From Crocinitomicaceae bacterium (GTDB taxonomy: Bacteria; Bacteroidota; Bacteroidia; Flavobacteriales_D; Crocinitomicaceae), in NCBI GenBank assembly GCA_014762645.1, contig JABURP010000067.1, positions 10,926-74,925 on the forward strand: a stretch of 64,000 nt of DNA, in the 5' to 3' direction. Below, one piece after another: positions 36,758 through 47,203 of the stretch (positions within the stretch are counted from its first letter, which is position 1; every line of letters starts with the position of its first letter). Below the pieces are notes generated by a model. The model was not told the origin of the DNA. It saw only the letters and a program-made list of their open reading frames with translations, and ran no database searches. A program made the translations under genes and the position numbers.

Positions 36758-38815
36758 ATGATAAACAAACAATTAATTAACCCTGAAAGTATTGTTGTTG
36801 TAGGGGGATCCAATGACATCCGGAAACCTGGAGGTAAAATCGTTAAAAATTTATTGGACGGCAACTTTGGGGGTGCTATACATGTAGTAAATCACAGGCA
36901 AAAAGTCGTTCAGGGAATTCAATGCTATCAGGACCTAAATGAATTACCAAAAACCGATTTGGCCATCATTGTAATCCCTTCACAATACTGCCTTGAAACA
37001 GTTAAACTACTCGCTCACGAAAAAGGAACCAGGGCCTTCATCATCCTTTCCGCAGGATTTGGTGAATCCGGAGTAGAAGGTAAACAACTCGAGAATGAGT
37101 TGGTCAGGGTTGTAGAGGAAGTTGACGGTTGTCTTATCGGTCCAAACTGTATTGGCGTACTTAACAAGAATTATACAGGTGTATTTACCACACCAATTCC
37201 CGAATTAAGTGCAACCGGATGTGACCTTATCTCATCCTCCGGCGCCACAGCAGTTTTTATCATGGAAGCAGGCATGACCATTGGGTTAAAATTTAATAGT
37301 GTCTATTCTGTTGGAAATGCAGCACAAATTGGAATTGAAGAGATACTGGAACACATGGACCTCAACTATGAGGAACAGGTAGATTCAAAAATTAAATTGC
37401 TCTATATTGAATCCTTAAAAAATCCACAGAAATTTTTAAAACATACCAAATCCCTGATCAATAAAGGGGTAAAAATTGCCGCCATAAAATCAGGTGCAAC
37501 CGAAGTGGGTAGTAGAGCAGCCGCCTCGCATACTGGAGCCCTGGCAAGTTCTGACAGATTAATCAGAGCCCTGTTTGAAAAAGCAGGAATTGTCTATTGT
37601 TCAAGCCGAGAAGAATTAATCAGTGCAGCCTCTATTTTTAATTACAAACCTCTTCAGGGAAAGAACATTGCTATCATCACCCACGCAGGAGGCTCGGCAG
37701 TTATGTTGGCGGATGCCTTATCTAACGGAGGACTATCTGTTCCGAAAATTGAAGGCCCGGATGCTGAAAAGCTTTTGACATACCTCGACGGTGGTTCTTC
37801 TGTAACAAATCCAATAGACTTTTTAGCTACCGGAACGGCAGAGCAACTCGGAATAATCATAGATTACTGCGAGCACAAGTTTGACAACGTTGATGCTATG
37901 GTTGTCGTATTCGGAAGCCCGGGGTTGTTTGATGTTGAGAACGTCTACAATGTCCTTAGTGTTAAGATGGATATTTGCTCCAAGCCTATTTATCCGGTAC
38001 TTCCTTCATTAATTAATGCACAAGAAGAAATTAAGGTATTTATGGCACAGGGGAACGTCAACTTCCCGGATGAAGTTGTTCTTGGGAAATCCTTATCCCA
38101 CGTATACCACACTTCAAAACCGACTGATCGCTCAGAGAATCAGGAGAAAATAGATGTTGAAAGAATAAAAGCAATTATAGGTCAATCAGAAAATGGATTC
38201 CTTCCACCCCAAAAAGTGGGTCAGTTGCTAGATGCTGCTGGAATTGTTCGAACGCAAGAAAGCATTGTAGATACCGAAGAACAACTTATCAATGAATTGC
38301 GAAAATTTGAATATCCTCTTGTGATGAAAGCGGTTGGGCCCATTCATAAATCCGACTTTGGCGGGGTGGTATTAGGAATTGTCGATCAAAACCAGGCCAT
38401 TTCTTCTTTTCACGCCTTGCTGAAAATTGAAAATTCCAATGCTGTGATGATACAATCAATGCAATCCGGTGTGGAACTTTTTGCCGGGAGTACACGAGAA
38501 AAAGGATTTGGTCATACAATTATGTGTGGTATTGGCGGTGTGTTTGTGGAAGTCCTTAATGATGTTTCAATCTCCCTTACTCCGGTAAATACTGCCGAAG
38601 CATACGGAATGCTGAGAAAATTGAGGGGATACTCCGTATTTAAAGGTGTTCGCGGCATGGATCCAGTAAGTGAAAGGCTAATGGTAGATGTCATTAGGAA
38701 ATTGTCTGCAGTTGTAGAGGTTGCCCCTGAAATAGTTGAAATAGATCTCAATCCACTGATGGGTAGAAAGGATGATATTGTTGTGGTTGATGCCCGATTT
38801 AGAATTGAAAAATGA
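36758..38815 (+). CDS. ADP-forming acetyl-CoA synthetase family protein (CoA-binding + succinyl-CoA-synthetase-like + ATP-grasp domains)
   Basis: [36 protein letters not shown]-terminal ATP-grasp region. The start may instead be the listed GTG at 36716. Confidence 0.75.
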   Translation: MINKQLINPESIVVVGGSNDIRKPGGKIVKNLLDGNFGGAIHVVNHRQKVVQGIQCYQDLNELPKTDLAIIVIPSQYCLETVKLLAHEKGTRAFIILSAGFGESGVEGKQLENELVRVVEEVDGCLIGPNCIGVLNKNYTGVFTTPIPELSATGCDLISSSGATAVFIMEAGMTIGLKFNSVYSVGNAAQIGIEEILEHMDLNYEEQVDSKIKLLYIESLKNPQKFLKHTKSLINKGVKIAAIKSGATEVGSRAAASHTGALASSDRLIRALFEKAGIVYCSSREELISAASIFNYKPLQGKNIAIITHAGGSAVMLADALSNGGLSVPKIEGPDAEKLLTYLDGGSSVTNPIDFLATGTAEQLGIIIDYCEHKFDNVDAMVVVFGSPGLFDVENVYNVLSVKMDICSKPIYPVLPSLINAQEEIKVFMAQGNVNFPDEVVLGKSLSHVYHTSKPTDRSENQEKIDVERIKAIIGQSENGFLPPQKVGQLLDAAGIVRTQESIVDTEEQLINELRKFEYPLVMKAVGPIHKSDFGGVVLGIVDQNQAISSFHALLKIENSNAVMIQSMQSGVELFAGSTREKGFGHTIMCGIGGVFVEVLNDVSISLTPVNTAEAYGMLRKLRGYSVFKGVRGMDPVSERLMVDVIRKLSAVVEVAPEIVEIDLNPLMGRKDDIVVVDARFRIEK

Positions 38816-39738
38816 ACAATCTAGCTGAAAAAATTCGTCAACTAAAGCGAGAGAAAAATGCGGTAATTCTAGCGCATTATTACCAAACTCCGGATATACA
38901 AGACATAGCCGATTATGTTGGTGACAGCCTGGGATTATCACAGGAGGCAACTAAAGTTAATGCTGAAATAATCGTTTTTGCAGGTGTTCATTTCATGGCA
39001 GAAACAGCAAAAATTTTAAATCCAGATAAAAAGGTACTGTTACCCGATTTAGAAGCTGGATGCTCACTTGCCTCATCTTGCCCTCCTGATGCATTTGAGA
39101 AATTCATCCAGGCACATCCGGATCATGTAGTTATCACATACGTAAACTGTTCGGCGGAAGTAAAAGCGTTGAGCGATATTGTTTGCACTTCTTCAAACGC
39201 CTTGAAGATTGTCAATTCTGTTCCAAAAGACAAACCGATCATATTTGCACCCGATCAAAACCTTGGTAAATACATAATGAAGCAAACAGGACGAAAAATG
39301 CTCTTGTGGGATGGAGAGTGTGTTATTCACACTGCGTTTTCAATTGAAAAATTACTTGAATTACATAAGGAACATCCCGGCGCAAGTATTATTGCTCATC
39401 CAGAATCTGAAGAACACATTTTAGATGTTGCCAAATTTATCGGATCCACAGCGGCCCTTCTTAATCATGTAAAACAGGATTCAAATGATGAATTTATTGT
39501 TGCCACAGAAGCAGGAATATTACACAAAATGCAACAAGCAGTTCCTCAAAAAAAATTAATCCCGGCACCTGCAAAAGAAGATAATACCTGTGCTTGCAGT
39601 GAATGTGGTTATATGAAAGTAAACACCATGCAGAAGCTTTACGATTGTTTGCAGAATGAAGCTCCTGAAATCATACTGGATCCTGAGCTTATAAAAAAGG
39701 CCGCGATCCCAATAAAACGAATGTTGGAATTATCCTAA
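38812..39738 (+). CDS. nadA: Quinolinate synthase
   Basis: [35 protein letters not shown], conserved Cys residues; 4-nt overlap with the preceding gene. Confidence 0.9.
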   Translation: MNNLAEKIRQLKREKNAVILAHYYQTPDIQDIADYVGDSLGLSQEATKVNAEIIVFAGVHFMAETAKILNPDKKVLLPDLEAGCSLASSCPPDAFEKFIQAHPDHVVITYVNCSAEVKALSDIVCTSSNALKIVNSVPKDKPIIFAPDQNLGKYIMKQTGRKMLLWDGECVIHTAFSIEKLLELHKEHPGASIIAHPESEEHILDVAKFIGSTAALLNHVKQDSNDEFIVATEAGILHKMQQAVPQKKLIPAPAKEDNTCACSECGYMKVNTMQKLYDCLQNEAPEIILDPELIKKAAIPIKRMLELS

Positions 39739-39743
39739 TAAAG

Positions 39744-41318
39744 ATGACTGTTGATTTTTTAGTGATTGGTTCCGGTATAGCAGGTTTGACATACGTCATC
39801 AAAGTAGCAGAAAAGTTTCCCGATAAGAAGGTTTTGGTGGTTAACAAAGGGGGGTACGAAGATTCGAATACTTCACTGGCACAAGGTGGTGTTGCCATAG
39901 TGCAACAAAAAAACGACTCTTTTGAAAAACACGTAGAGGACACCTTAATTGCAGGAGACGGATTGTGTAATGAAGAGATCGTGAGAATGGTAATTAAAGA
40001 GGGACCCCGTTGCCTCAATGATCTCGTAAATTGGGGCGTACACTTTGACAAAGATCACAAAGGTGATTTTGACCTTGGTAAAGAAGGAGGACATTCGAAA
40101 CACAGAGTGGTACATTACAAAGACATTACCGGAGCAGAAATTAGCCGGGCTTTGGTTGCTAAAATGAATCAGCTAAAGAATGTGGAATTTCTGGGTAATC
40201 ACTTTGTTATTGACCTGATCACAGAGCATCACCTAAAAGATCAGCCAAGTGATGCCACCACCACATGTTACGGTGTTTACGCATTAAATGAAGAAGATGG
40301 CAACATCATTACCATTAAGTCTAAAATCACCGTACTGGCAACCGGAGGAATAGGGCAAATTTATAAGCATACCACTAATCCACGTGTTGCAACTGGAGAT
40401 GGGATTGCAATGGCGTACAGAGCGAAAGCGAAAATTCTGGATCTTGAATTCATACAATTTCATCCCACCGCCTTATACAACCCTCAGGAAACACCTTCTT
40501 TCTTAATTTCTGAAGCGGTCAGAGGTGCTGGAGGAATTCTACGAACCCAGGATGGCAAATCCTTTGCCGAAAGTTATGACCCCAGAGGTAATCTTGCTCC
40601 AAGGGATATCGTGGCAAGAGCCATTGATACCGAACTAAAAAAAAGAGGTGAAAAATTCGTTTACCTGGATTGTACACATATTGATCAGAATGCATTTGCC
40701 CAACACTTTCCCAATATTCGGAACAAATGCCTGGAAATTGGCATTGACATACACACACAGTTCATACCCGTTGCTCCAGCCGCTCATTACGTATGCGGTG
40801 GAATTGCGGTGGACCGCAACGGTCAAACAAGTATTAACAACTTATTTGCCTGTGGAGAATGTTCAAGAACCGGACTTCATGGCGCGAACAGATTGGCGTC
40901 AAATTCATTATTGGAAGCCTTTGTCTTTGCCGAAAAAGCTGCACAACGTTCTACTGAACTAATCAACGGAATTAATGGTAACATCTACATTCCTGACTGG
41001 GATTCAAAAGGTACAACCCGCCAGGAAGAGCATGTACTGATAACGCATAATCGGGATGAATTAAATGAAATTATGCAAAACTATGTCGGAATTGTACGCT
41101 CCAATGAACGACTGGTAAGAGCACTTAACAGGCTTAAAATACTTTACCTGGAAACTGAAAACCTATATAAAAAAGAGAAAATTTCACCTCAATTATGTGA
41201 GCTGAGGAATATGATAGCTGTTGCCTACCTGATTGTAACGTTCTCACAAAATCGTACTGAAAATTGTGGCGGATACTTTAATATTGACCTTGAGGAACGG
41301 TTCTTTTCCCCAACGTAA
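39744..41318 (+). CDS. nadB: L-aspartate oxidase
   Basis: DFLVIGSGIAGL FAD fold, AQGGVA, EFIQFHPT, GECSRTGLHGANRLASNSLLE. Confidence 0.9.
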   Translation: MTVDFLVIGSGIAGLTYVIKVAEKFPDKKVLVVNKGGYEDSNTSLAQGGVAIVQQKNDSFEKHVEDTLIAGDGLCNEEIVRMVIKEGPRCLNDLVNWGVHFDKDHKGDFDLGKEGGHSKHRVVHYKDITGAEISRALVAKMNQLKNVEFLGNHFVIDLITEHHLKDQPSDATTTCYGVYALNEEDGNIITIKSKITVLATGGIGQIYKHTTNPRVATGDGIAMAYRAKAKILDLEFIQFHPTALYNPQETPSFLISEAVRGAGGILRTQDGKSFAESYDPRGNLAPRDIVARAIDTELKKRGEKFVYLDCTHIDQNAFAQHFPNIRNKCLEIGIDIHTQFIPVAPAAHYVCGGIAVDRNGQTSINNLFACGECSRTGLHGANRLASNSLLEAFVFAEKAAQRSTELINGINGNIYIPDWDSKGTTRQEEHVLITHNRDELNEIMQNYVGIVRSNERLVRALNRLKILYLETENLYKKEKISPQLCELRNMIAVAYLIVTFSQNRTENCGGYFNIDLEERFFSPT

Positions 41319-42330
41319 ACAAGAAATAAAAAGCACTTAACAATACTAGCATTCCTACAAATTGATGTAATACACCCAAGGTAACAGGAACCCTATATAA
41401 TAATGTCACAATACCAAGAGTAATCTGCAGAATAACGGCAATTGTTAAACCGTACAAGGCCCGTTTCTGATGTAGGAACGAAACATAATTTTTCCTGATC
41501 CAAAACACGCCGAGCAGTATAAGCAGTAAAAAAGCGAGTATTCTATGGATAAATTGAACCAACACGGGATTTTCCATCAACGCAAGTCCACCTTCTTTTT
41601 TAATAATTAAGCTTGAACCGGCTGGAATCCAGTTTTCACCCATTTTGGGAAAGGTATTATAATATAATCCCGCTTTTAATCCAGCAACAAAAGCACCATA
41701 GATCAACTGAATAAATACAACAGCTATAAATAATTTCAAATAGAACCCTGCCCGGGATTTAAATTCACTCTTGCCATACTTAAGTGATAAAGCCACCCAA
41801 AAAATATAAATTATAAGTGTTAATGCCGTGATTAAATGAGTTGCTAACCGGTAATGACTCACGTGAGGTTCATCAACCAGTCCACTTTTTACCATAAACC
41901 ACCCAATAATTGCTTGCATAACGCCAAGCACGAAGATGATCACTACCTTTTTCTTCATCTCAGTATTAAAGTATCCCTTGACCCAAAAAAAGATACATGG
42001 AACGATAAATACAAGACCTATTAGCCGCGCTATAAGTCGGTGCAAGTATTCCCAAAAAAAGATCTTTTTAAAATCGGCAAGTGTAAAGTTTGAATTGTAG
42101 TGTTCAAACTCTGGTGATGCTTTATATAAGTCAAAAGCTTCCGTCCATTCTTGGTTAGATAAAGGTGGTAAAGTACCTACTATTGGTTCCCATTTTACCA
42201 TAGAAAGTCCTGACTGTGTAAGACGTGTCACTCCACCAATTACAACAATGAGCATAATCATCACGCAACCGGTTATCAGCCAGCGATAGACTAGTTTTTG
42301 ACTGCGTGTATATTCTGCTAAAGCCTTCAT
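41278..42330 (-). CDS. ctaA: COX15/CtaA-family heme A synthase
   Basis: VTRLTQSGLSMVKWEP, WEYLHRLIARL, HRILAF, LGVLHQ; 8 TM helices. The 3' end overlaps nadB by 41 nt (convergent). Confidence 0.8.
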   Translation of the reverse strand: MKALAEYTRSQKLVYRWLITGCVMIMLIVVIGGVTRLTQSGLSMVKWEPIVGTLPPLSNQEWTEAFDLYKASPEFEHYNSNFTLADFKKIFFWEYLHRLIARLIGLVFIVPCIFFWVKGYFNTEMKKKVVIIFVLGVMQAIIGWFMVKSGLVDEPHVSHYRLATHLITALTLIIYIFWVALSLKYGKSEFKSRAGFYLKLFIAVVFIQLIYGAFVAGLKAGLYYNTFPKMGENWIPAGSSLIIKKEGGLALMENPVLVQFIHRILAFLLLILLGVFWIRKNYVSFLHQKRALYGLTIAVILQITLGIVTLLYRVPVTLGVLHQFVGMLVLLSAFYFLFTLGKRTVPQGQY

Positions 42331-42371
42331 CTTTGAAAGCTCAAAAGTAGTGCTATCACAACTAAAATTAT

Positions 42372-42385
42372 ATGATAAAAATCAG
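42372..42385. promoter_or_regulatory. FNR-type box ATGATAAAAATCAG (one mismatch)
   Basis: A perfect minus-strand -7 box TACTTTTG (42342-42349) lies 33.5 bp from the dyad centre. Upstream of ctaA. Confidence 0.6.
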
Positions 42386-42427
42386 CCTGCTTAATTCACT
42401 TTTTTCTGGACACTAAAAACCCCTTAT

Positions 42428-42441
42428 ATGATCTAGATCAT
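42428..42441. promoter_or_regulatory. FNR-type box ATGATCTAGATCAT
   Basis: Perfect match in the ctaA/nrdJ divergent region, 216 bp upstream of nrdJ. No -7 box at the standard spacing on either side. Confidence 0.45.
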
Positions 42442-42656
42442 GTGGTTCAATGATTCCATATCCAAATGTGTAGAACTTCAAAAAATTATGTAAAAAAAAG
42501 ACGAAATAATAACCTTATTTGGTTTGGGAATTACCTCTCAAATTTTCCAGCATAAATATGATTCACTGAAGGAACATATTCCTACTGGAAGAGGAAACTC
42601 TCACTTTTAAAAACAACAAACCACTCAACACTTTGTTGAGCAAAATCAAATAAGAT

Positions 42657-45221
42657 ATGGAATTGATCAAAGAAAAGGTAGTAAGCTCTGAGAAACAAAA
42701 AGTGTACGAATATGACCAGGTGCTAAAAGACTGTATGGCGTATTTTGGTGGTGATGAATTGGCCGCTACAACATGGATGAATAAGTACGCCATGAAAAAT
42801 AAGAACGGTGAATTTGTAGAAAAGACACCGCGTGATATGCACCTCAGAATGGCAAAAGAATTTGCTCGAATTGAAGGAATGTATGCCTTAGAAGAACCGA
42901 GCTATAATCTGGAAAGTTTATCCAAATACGGACAAAACCGAAAGCAACTTACCACGGAAAAAATTGTTGATCTCTTTGATGGATTTAAATATGTTATACC
43001 GCAAGGAAGCGTGATGTCAGGCCTTGGAAATCCATACGTCCTGGCATCACTTTCTAATTGTGTTGTGATGCCTGAAATCTATGATTCTTATGGCGGGATC
43101 TTCAAAACAGATCAACAGTTGGCACAATTGTTTAAAAGGAGATGTGGAGTTGGAATAGACCTATCTGAACTTCGACCTGAAAACATGAAAGTATCTAACG
43201 CGGCTGGAACTACTTCCGGAGTGGTTTCATTTATGGAGCGATTTTCAAATACCACAAGAGAAGTAGCTCAAAATGGAAGAAGAGGAGCGCTCATGTTAAC
43301 TATAGACATTGCGCACCCGGACGTTGAAAACTTCATATTGAGTAAACAAGATCTGAAGAAAGTTACCGGAGCAAACATTTCCATCCGATTATCGGATGAG
43401 TTTTTGACTGCGGTTAAAAATGACACGGAATTCACTCAAAAATGGCCCATTAATTCTGACGAACCGCAAATGCAGAAAACAATTCGTGCCAAGGAGTTGT
43501 GGGACACCATTATTCAGTGTGCGCACAACACCGCAGAACCTGGACTGATTTTTTGGGATAAACAACACTATTACTCAACTTCATCCATCTATCCGGGATT
43601 CAAAAATACCTCTACCAACCCATGCTCGGAAATTGCCATGCAAGGAGGAGATAGCTGCAGACTTATTGCCATCAACCTGTACAATTTTGTCAAAAATCCA
43701 TTTACCAAAAAAGCCCGTTTTGACTTTAAGAAGTTTTATGAGGTTACTTATGAATCACAACGACTTATGGATGACCTGGTGGACCTTGAGCTTGAAGCAA
43801 TCGACAGAATTATTGCGAAAGTAGAGAGTGATCCGGAACCAAATAATATTAAATCTGTTGAATTGGAAACCTGGAAATTGCTTTCAGATACCGGTAGAAG
43901 AGGTAGACGAACCGGATTAGGATTTACAGCTTTGGCAGATACAATTGCCGCAATGGGATTGGCTTTTGATTCAGATGATGCTGTTGAAACGGTTGAAAAA
44001 ATTATGAAAGAAAAATGCCGGGCTGAGTTTGACAGCTCAGTGGATCTTTCTATTCAACGCGGAAGTTTTGAAGGCTTTGATGCCGTCATTGACAATTCCT
44101 CAGAATTTGTTCAGATGATGCGAAAAGAATTACCGGAGGTTTATAACCGAATGATGGAATATGGAAGAAGAAATATTTCTATCAGCACAGTTGCTCCTAC
44201 GGGTAGTTTGAGTATGTTGGCGCAAACATCTTCCGGCATAGAGCCAGTATTTATGATGTCATACAAACGGCGTAGAAAAGTAAATGTAGATGACCAAACT
44301 GCCAAAATAGATTTCGTAGATGAAATGGGCGATAAATGGCAGGAATTTGATGTTTACCACGGTAAACTTAAGGAGTGGATGCGAATTACAAAAAATGAAG
44401 ACATTACCCAAAGTCCCTATGCGGGATCAACAGCACCGGAAATTAATTGGAAAAAGAGAATTGAATTACAAGCTGTAACACAAAAATATGTGACACATTC
44501 CATCAGCTCTACCATTAATTTACCAAGTGATGTCTCTGTAGAACGAATCGGTGAGATATACATGGAAGCGTGGTTAAAGGGCCTTAAGGGTATCACTGTT
44601 TACAGAGATGGTTCAAGAGATGGAGTGTTAATTTCCAATGACGATAAAGAAGAGAAAACAGGCATTGTTGAAAGTACACCACCGAAACGACCTAAAGTGC
44701 TGGAGGCAGATGTACTAAGATTTAAAAACCACAATGAAAAATGGATTGCTGTTATTGGGTTAATTGATGATCATCCCTATGAAATTTTTACAGGACGTGC
44801 AGAAGACTCATTCTATCTTCCAACCTGGGTAACGAAAGGTAAAGTGATCAAAAGTAAGACTGAAAACGGCAGATCCCGTTACGATTTCCAATATTGCGAC
44901 AAAGACCAATACAAAGTGACTATTGAAGGACTTTCACGGTCATTTGAGAAAGAATGCTGGAACTATGCGAAACTCATCTCCGGTGTTTTACGCCACGGAA
45001 TGCCTTTGCCGTATGTAGTGGATCTGGTAACTAATCTTGACCTTCATCACGACAACATCAATACCTGGAAAGCAGGTGTTGCCAGAGCCTTGAAACAATA
45101 TATTAAAGACGGAACTAAAGCCGTTGATCACACCTGCTCCGAATGTGGAGATGAAGAAGGAATAGTTTATGAAGAGGGATGTCTGAAGTGTAAAAGTTGT
45201 GGTCATACCAAATGTGGCTAA
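42657..45221 (+). CDS. nrdJ: Class II (adenosylcobalamin-dependent) ribonucleotide reductase
   Basis: 854 aa monomeric-type RNR. NPCSEI active-site Cys, VAPTGS, C-terminal Cys cluster CSECG...CLKCKSCGHTKCG. Confidence 0.85.
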   Translation: MELIKEKVVSSEKQKVYEYDQVLKDCMAYFGGDELAATTWMNKYAMKNKNGEFVEKTPRDMHLRMAKEFARIEGMYALEEPSYNLESLSKYGQNRKQLTTEKIVDLFDGFKYVIPQGSVMSGLGNPYVLASLSNCVVMPEIYDSYGGIFKTDQQLAQLFKRRCGVGIDLSELRPENMKVSNAAGTTSGVVSFMERFSNTTREVAQNGRRGALMLTIDIAHPDVENFILSKQDLKKVTGANISIRLSDEFLTAVKNDTEFTQKWPINSDEPQMQKTIRAKELWDTIIQCAHNTAEPGLIFWDKQHYYSTSSIYPGFKNTSTNPCSEIAMQGGDSCRLIAINLYNFVKNPFTKKARFDFKKFYEVTYESQRLMDDLVDLELEAIDRIIAKVESDPEPNNIKSVELETWKLLSDTGRRGRRTGLGFTALADTIAAMGLAFDSDDAVETVEKIMKEKCRAEFDSSVDLSIQRGSFEGFDAVIDNSSEFVQMMRKELPEVYNRMMEYGRRNISISTVAPTGSLSMLAQTSSGIEPVFMMSYKRRRKVNVDDQTAKIDFVDEMGDKWQEFDVYHGKLKEWMRITKNEDITQSPYAGSTAPEINWKKRIELQAVTQKYVTHSISSTINLPSDVSVERIGEIYMEAWLKGLKGITVYRDGSRDGVLISNDDKEEKTGIVESTPPKRPKVLEADVLRFKNHNEKWIAVIGLIDDHPYEIFTGRAEDSFYLPTWVTKGKVIKSKTENGRSRYDFQYCDKDQYKVTIEGLSRSFEKECWNYAKLISGVLRHGMPLPYVVDLVTNLDLHHDNINTWKAGVARALKQYIKDGTKAVDHTCSECGDEEGIVYEEGCLKCKSCGHTKCG

Positions 45222-45230
45222 TTCTGAGCC

Positions 45231-45268
45231 TAATAGGTCTGCAGTCAGGATGGCGGCAGGCCTATTTT
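45231..45268 (+). terminator. Rho-independent terminator between convergent nrdJ and modC
   Basis: 11-bp stem AATAGGTCTGC / GCAGGCCTATT (one G-U pair), 13-nt loop, then TTTTT. Confidence 0.7.
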
Positions 45269-46140
45269 TCTAATCGTATGACAACCGGGTTAAACGCTTT
45301 TGATGTCAGCATAATCTTATCGCCAATTGATAGATCCCGAACATCATCTTCTGTAACAATTACTGAAAACAGACTATTTTGCGACAGTACATCCAGGCGA
45401 TAGACAATATCAGCTTTTGTGATGGAAACAACTTCCCCTACCAGGTTCATTTTACTGCTGATATTTTCATTGAAAAACACCGTTCTGACATCCCCTCTTT
45501 TGGTTATTATTCCATTGTCAAGGCACATCACCTGTTCGGATACATACAATATCTCTGAAAGTTGATGTGAAACCATAAATACAGTGAACTGATACTTTTG
45601 ATGCACCTTTATCAGGTACTTGAGTAACTTAAACCTGATTTGATCATCCAGGGAAGAAAAAGGTTCATCCAATAATAAAACCTTTGGCTGTTGAACCAGA
45701 GCTCTGGCCAATGCCACTCGTTGCTTTTGACCTCCGGATAACGTTGCTGGCTTTCTTTCCAGTAGCTCCCCTAATTCAACGATATCAATCAGTTCCTCAA
45801 TAATTTGCTTTGAAGCTCCTTTCGGAAGACCAAATTCCAGATTTTCCCTGATGCTCATATTAGGGAAGAGTGCATAATCCTGAAAAACATAACCAATGGA
45901 TCGCTTTTGAGGGGACAAGTCAATTTTTTGTACAGCATCAAACCAAACCGTATCACCCATTACTATTTTTCCATTGTCCGGTTTTTCCAAACCAGCCAAC
46001 AATCTGAAAAATGTAGTTTTTCCTGATCCTGAAGGACCATAAACAGTAACAACCTGAGCAGATCTTGCCTCAAAATCCAACTCAAGATTGAACGTGTTTC
46101 CGTTCGAAACCAACTTTTTATTTATACTAATTGAAATCAA
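45262..46140 (-). CDS. modC: Molybdate ABC transporter ATP-binding protein with C-terminal TOBE domain
   Basis: GPSGSGKTT, LSGGQKQRVALARAL, LLLDEPFSSLD; operon context with modAB. Confidence 0.88.
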   Translation of the reverse strand: MISISINKKLVSNGNTFNLELDFEARSAQVVTVYGPSGSGKTTFFRLLAGLEKPDNGKIVMGDTVWFDAVQKIDLSPQKRSIGYVFQDYALFPNMSIRENLEFGLPKGASKQIIEELIDIVELGELLERKPATLSGGQKQRVALARALVQQPKVLLLDEPFSSLDDQIRFKLLKYLIKVHQKYQFTVFMVSHQLSEILYVSEQVMCLDNGIITKRGDVRTVFFNENISSKMNLVGEVVSITKADIVYRLDVLSQNSLFSVIVTEDDVRDLSIGDKIMLTSKAFNPVVIRLEK

Positions 46141-46805
46141 TTTAACAGATTGGATGATTTATTTTTTCTCAAATTAACTATCAGTAAGATGAGGAACATA
46201 ACTATTAACAATGCCAGTGAATACAAGTGCGCGGCACCATAATTCAGTGATTCCACTTCATCATAAATGGCGATAGACATCACTTTGGTTTGATCGGGTA
46301 TGTTTCCGCCTATCATTAATACCACACCGAATTCTCCAATGGTATGCGCAAAAGTTAACACGATTCCTGTGATCAGTGAGCTTTTCATATTCGGTAAAAT
46401 CACCTTTGCTATGGTCGTCCATTTCGACTTCCCCATTAGACTTGATGCCTCCCTATATGATCTGGGCACCCCAGAAAACCCTGACTGTAAAGGCTGCACC
46501 ATGAACGGCAAGCTGTAAATTACAGATCCAATAACCAATCCCGGAAAGGAAAACACCAAACGAATTCCTAAATAATCATTTAAAAATGATCCGAACCAAC
46601 TTTCAGGACTGAAGGCTATCAACAAATAAAAACCCAGTACCGTCGGTGGGAGCACTAAAGGTAAACTCACAATTGACTCTATGACACCTTTGTATTTGGC
46701 TCTGGAATAAGACAACCAGTAGGCTAGTGGGATGGATATGACGAATAGGATGACTGTTGTAACAACAGCCAGCAGCAACGTCAATTTTACCGGTCCCCAT
46801 TCCAT
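46137..46805 (-). CDS. modB: Molybdate ABC transporter permease
   Basis: 222 aa, about 5-6 TM helices, EAA-type loop (YREASSLMGKSKWTTIAKVILP). Confidence 0.85.
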   Translation of the reverse strand: MEWGPVKLTLLLAVVTTVILFVISIPLAYWLSYSRAKYKGVIESIVSLPLVLPPTVLGFYLLIAFSPESWFGSFLNDYLGIRLVFSFPGLVIGSVIYSLPFMVQPLQSGFSGVPRSYREASSLMGKSKWTTIAKVILPNMKSSLITGIVLTFAHTIGEFGVVLMIGGNIPDQTKVMSIAIYDEVESLNYGAAHLYSLALLIVMFLILLIVNLRKNKSSNLLN

Positions 46806-47203
46806 TATGTAGAAATTATTATTTCATTCGACTTGATCAGGGCCCAAACGTTATCTCCTTGTTTAACATCTAGTTCCTGTACTAATTCCGTCAGTAATAC
46901 TGCTTTGATCATACCTCCCTGGCAGTCCATTTCTACCTGAGAAAGTATCTCTCCAATTTCTATGCGTTTTACGGTACATTCCAACTTGTTAGATATACCA
47001 ACTTTTACCGATTCTTCTTTAGCCAGTACAACTTCAGTTTCTTTGAATAACACATGAACTTCCTCATCAGCTTTTACCTTAAATGCCTCATTTTCTGTGT
47101 TGACGATCAGGGCTTTTATCAAATTTCCGGAAACTTCTAGCTGAACAACTGAAATTCCATGATTTGATTTTACACTTGATACGGTTGCTTTAAGTTTATT
47201 CAT
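46805..47203 (-). CDS. Di-TOBE (Mop-like) molybdate-binding protein without a DNA-binding domain
   Basis: 132 aa, two tandem TOBE-like halves (NKLKATVSSVKSN.., NKLECTVKRIEIG..); inserted between modA and modB. Confidence 0.7.
   Translation of the reverse strand: MNKLKATVSSVKSNHGISVVQLEVSGNLIKALIVNTENEAFKVKADEEVHVLFKETEVVLAKEESVKVGISNKLECTVKRIEIGEILSQVEMDCQGGMIKAVLLTELVQELDVKQGDNVWALIKSNEIIIST

Noticed and set aside
41278-41318. A 41-nt convergent overlap of nadB and ctaA, and the 1-nt gap between the convergent tnaA-type and norB-like stops, considered as signs of frameshift or mis-assembly.
   Set aside because: Both reading frames retain family-typical C-termini. Convergent overlaps occur naturally, and there is no evidence of disruption.
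42331-42656. A possible cobalamin riboswitch or other leader element in the 326-bp region upstream of nrdJ.
   Set aside because: I could not find a B12-box-like GCCACTG core or the expected conserved stems. Only short generic hairpins are present. The possibility is left open for an Infernal scan.
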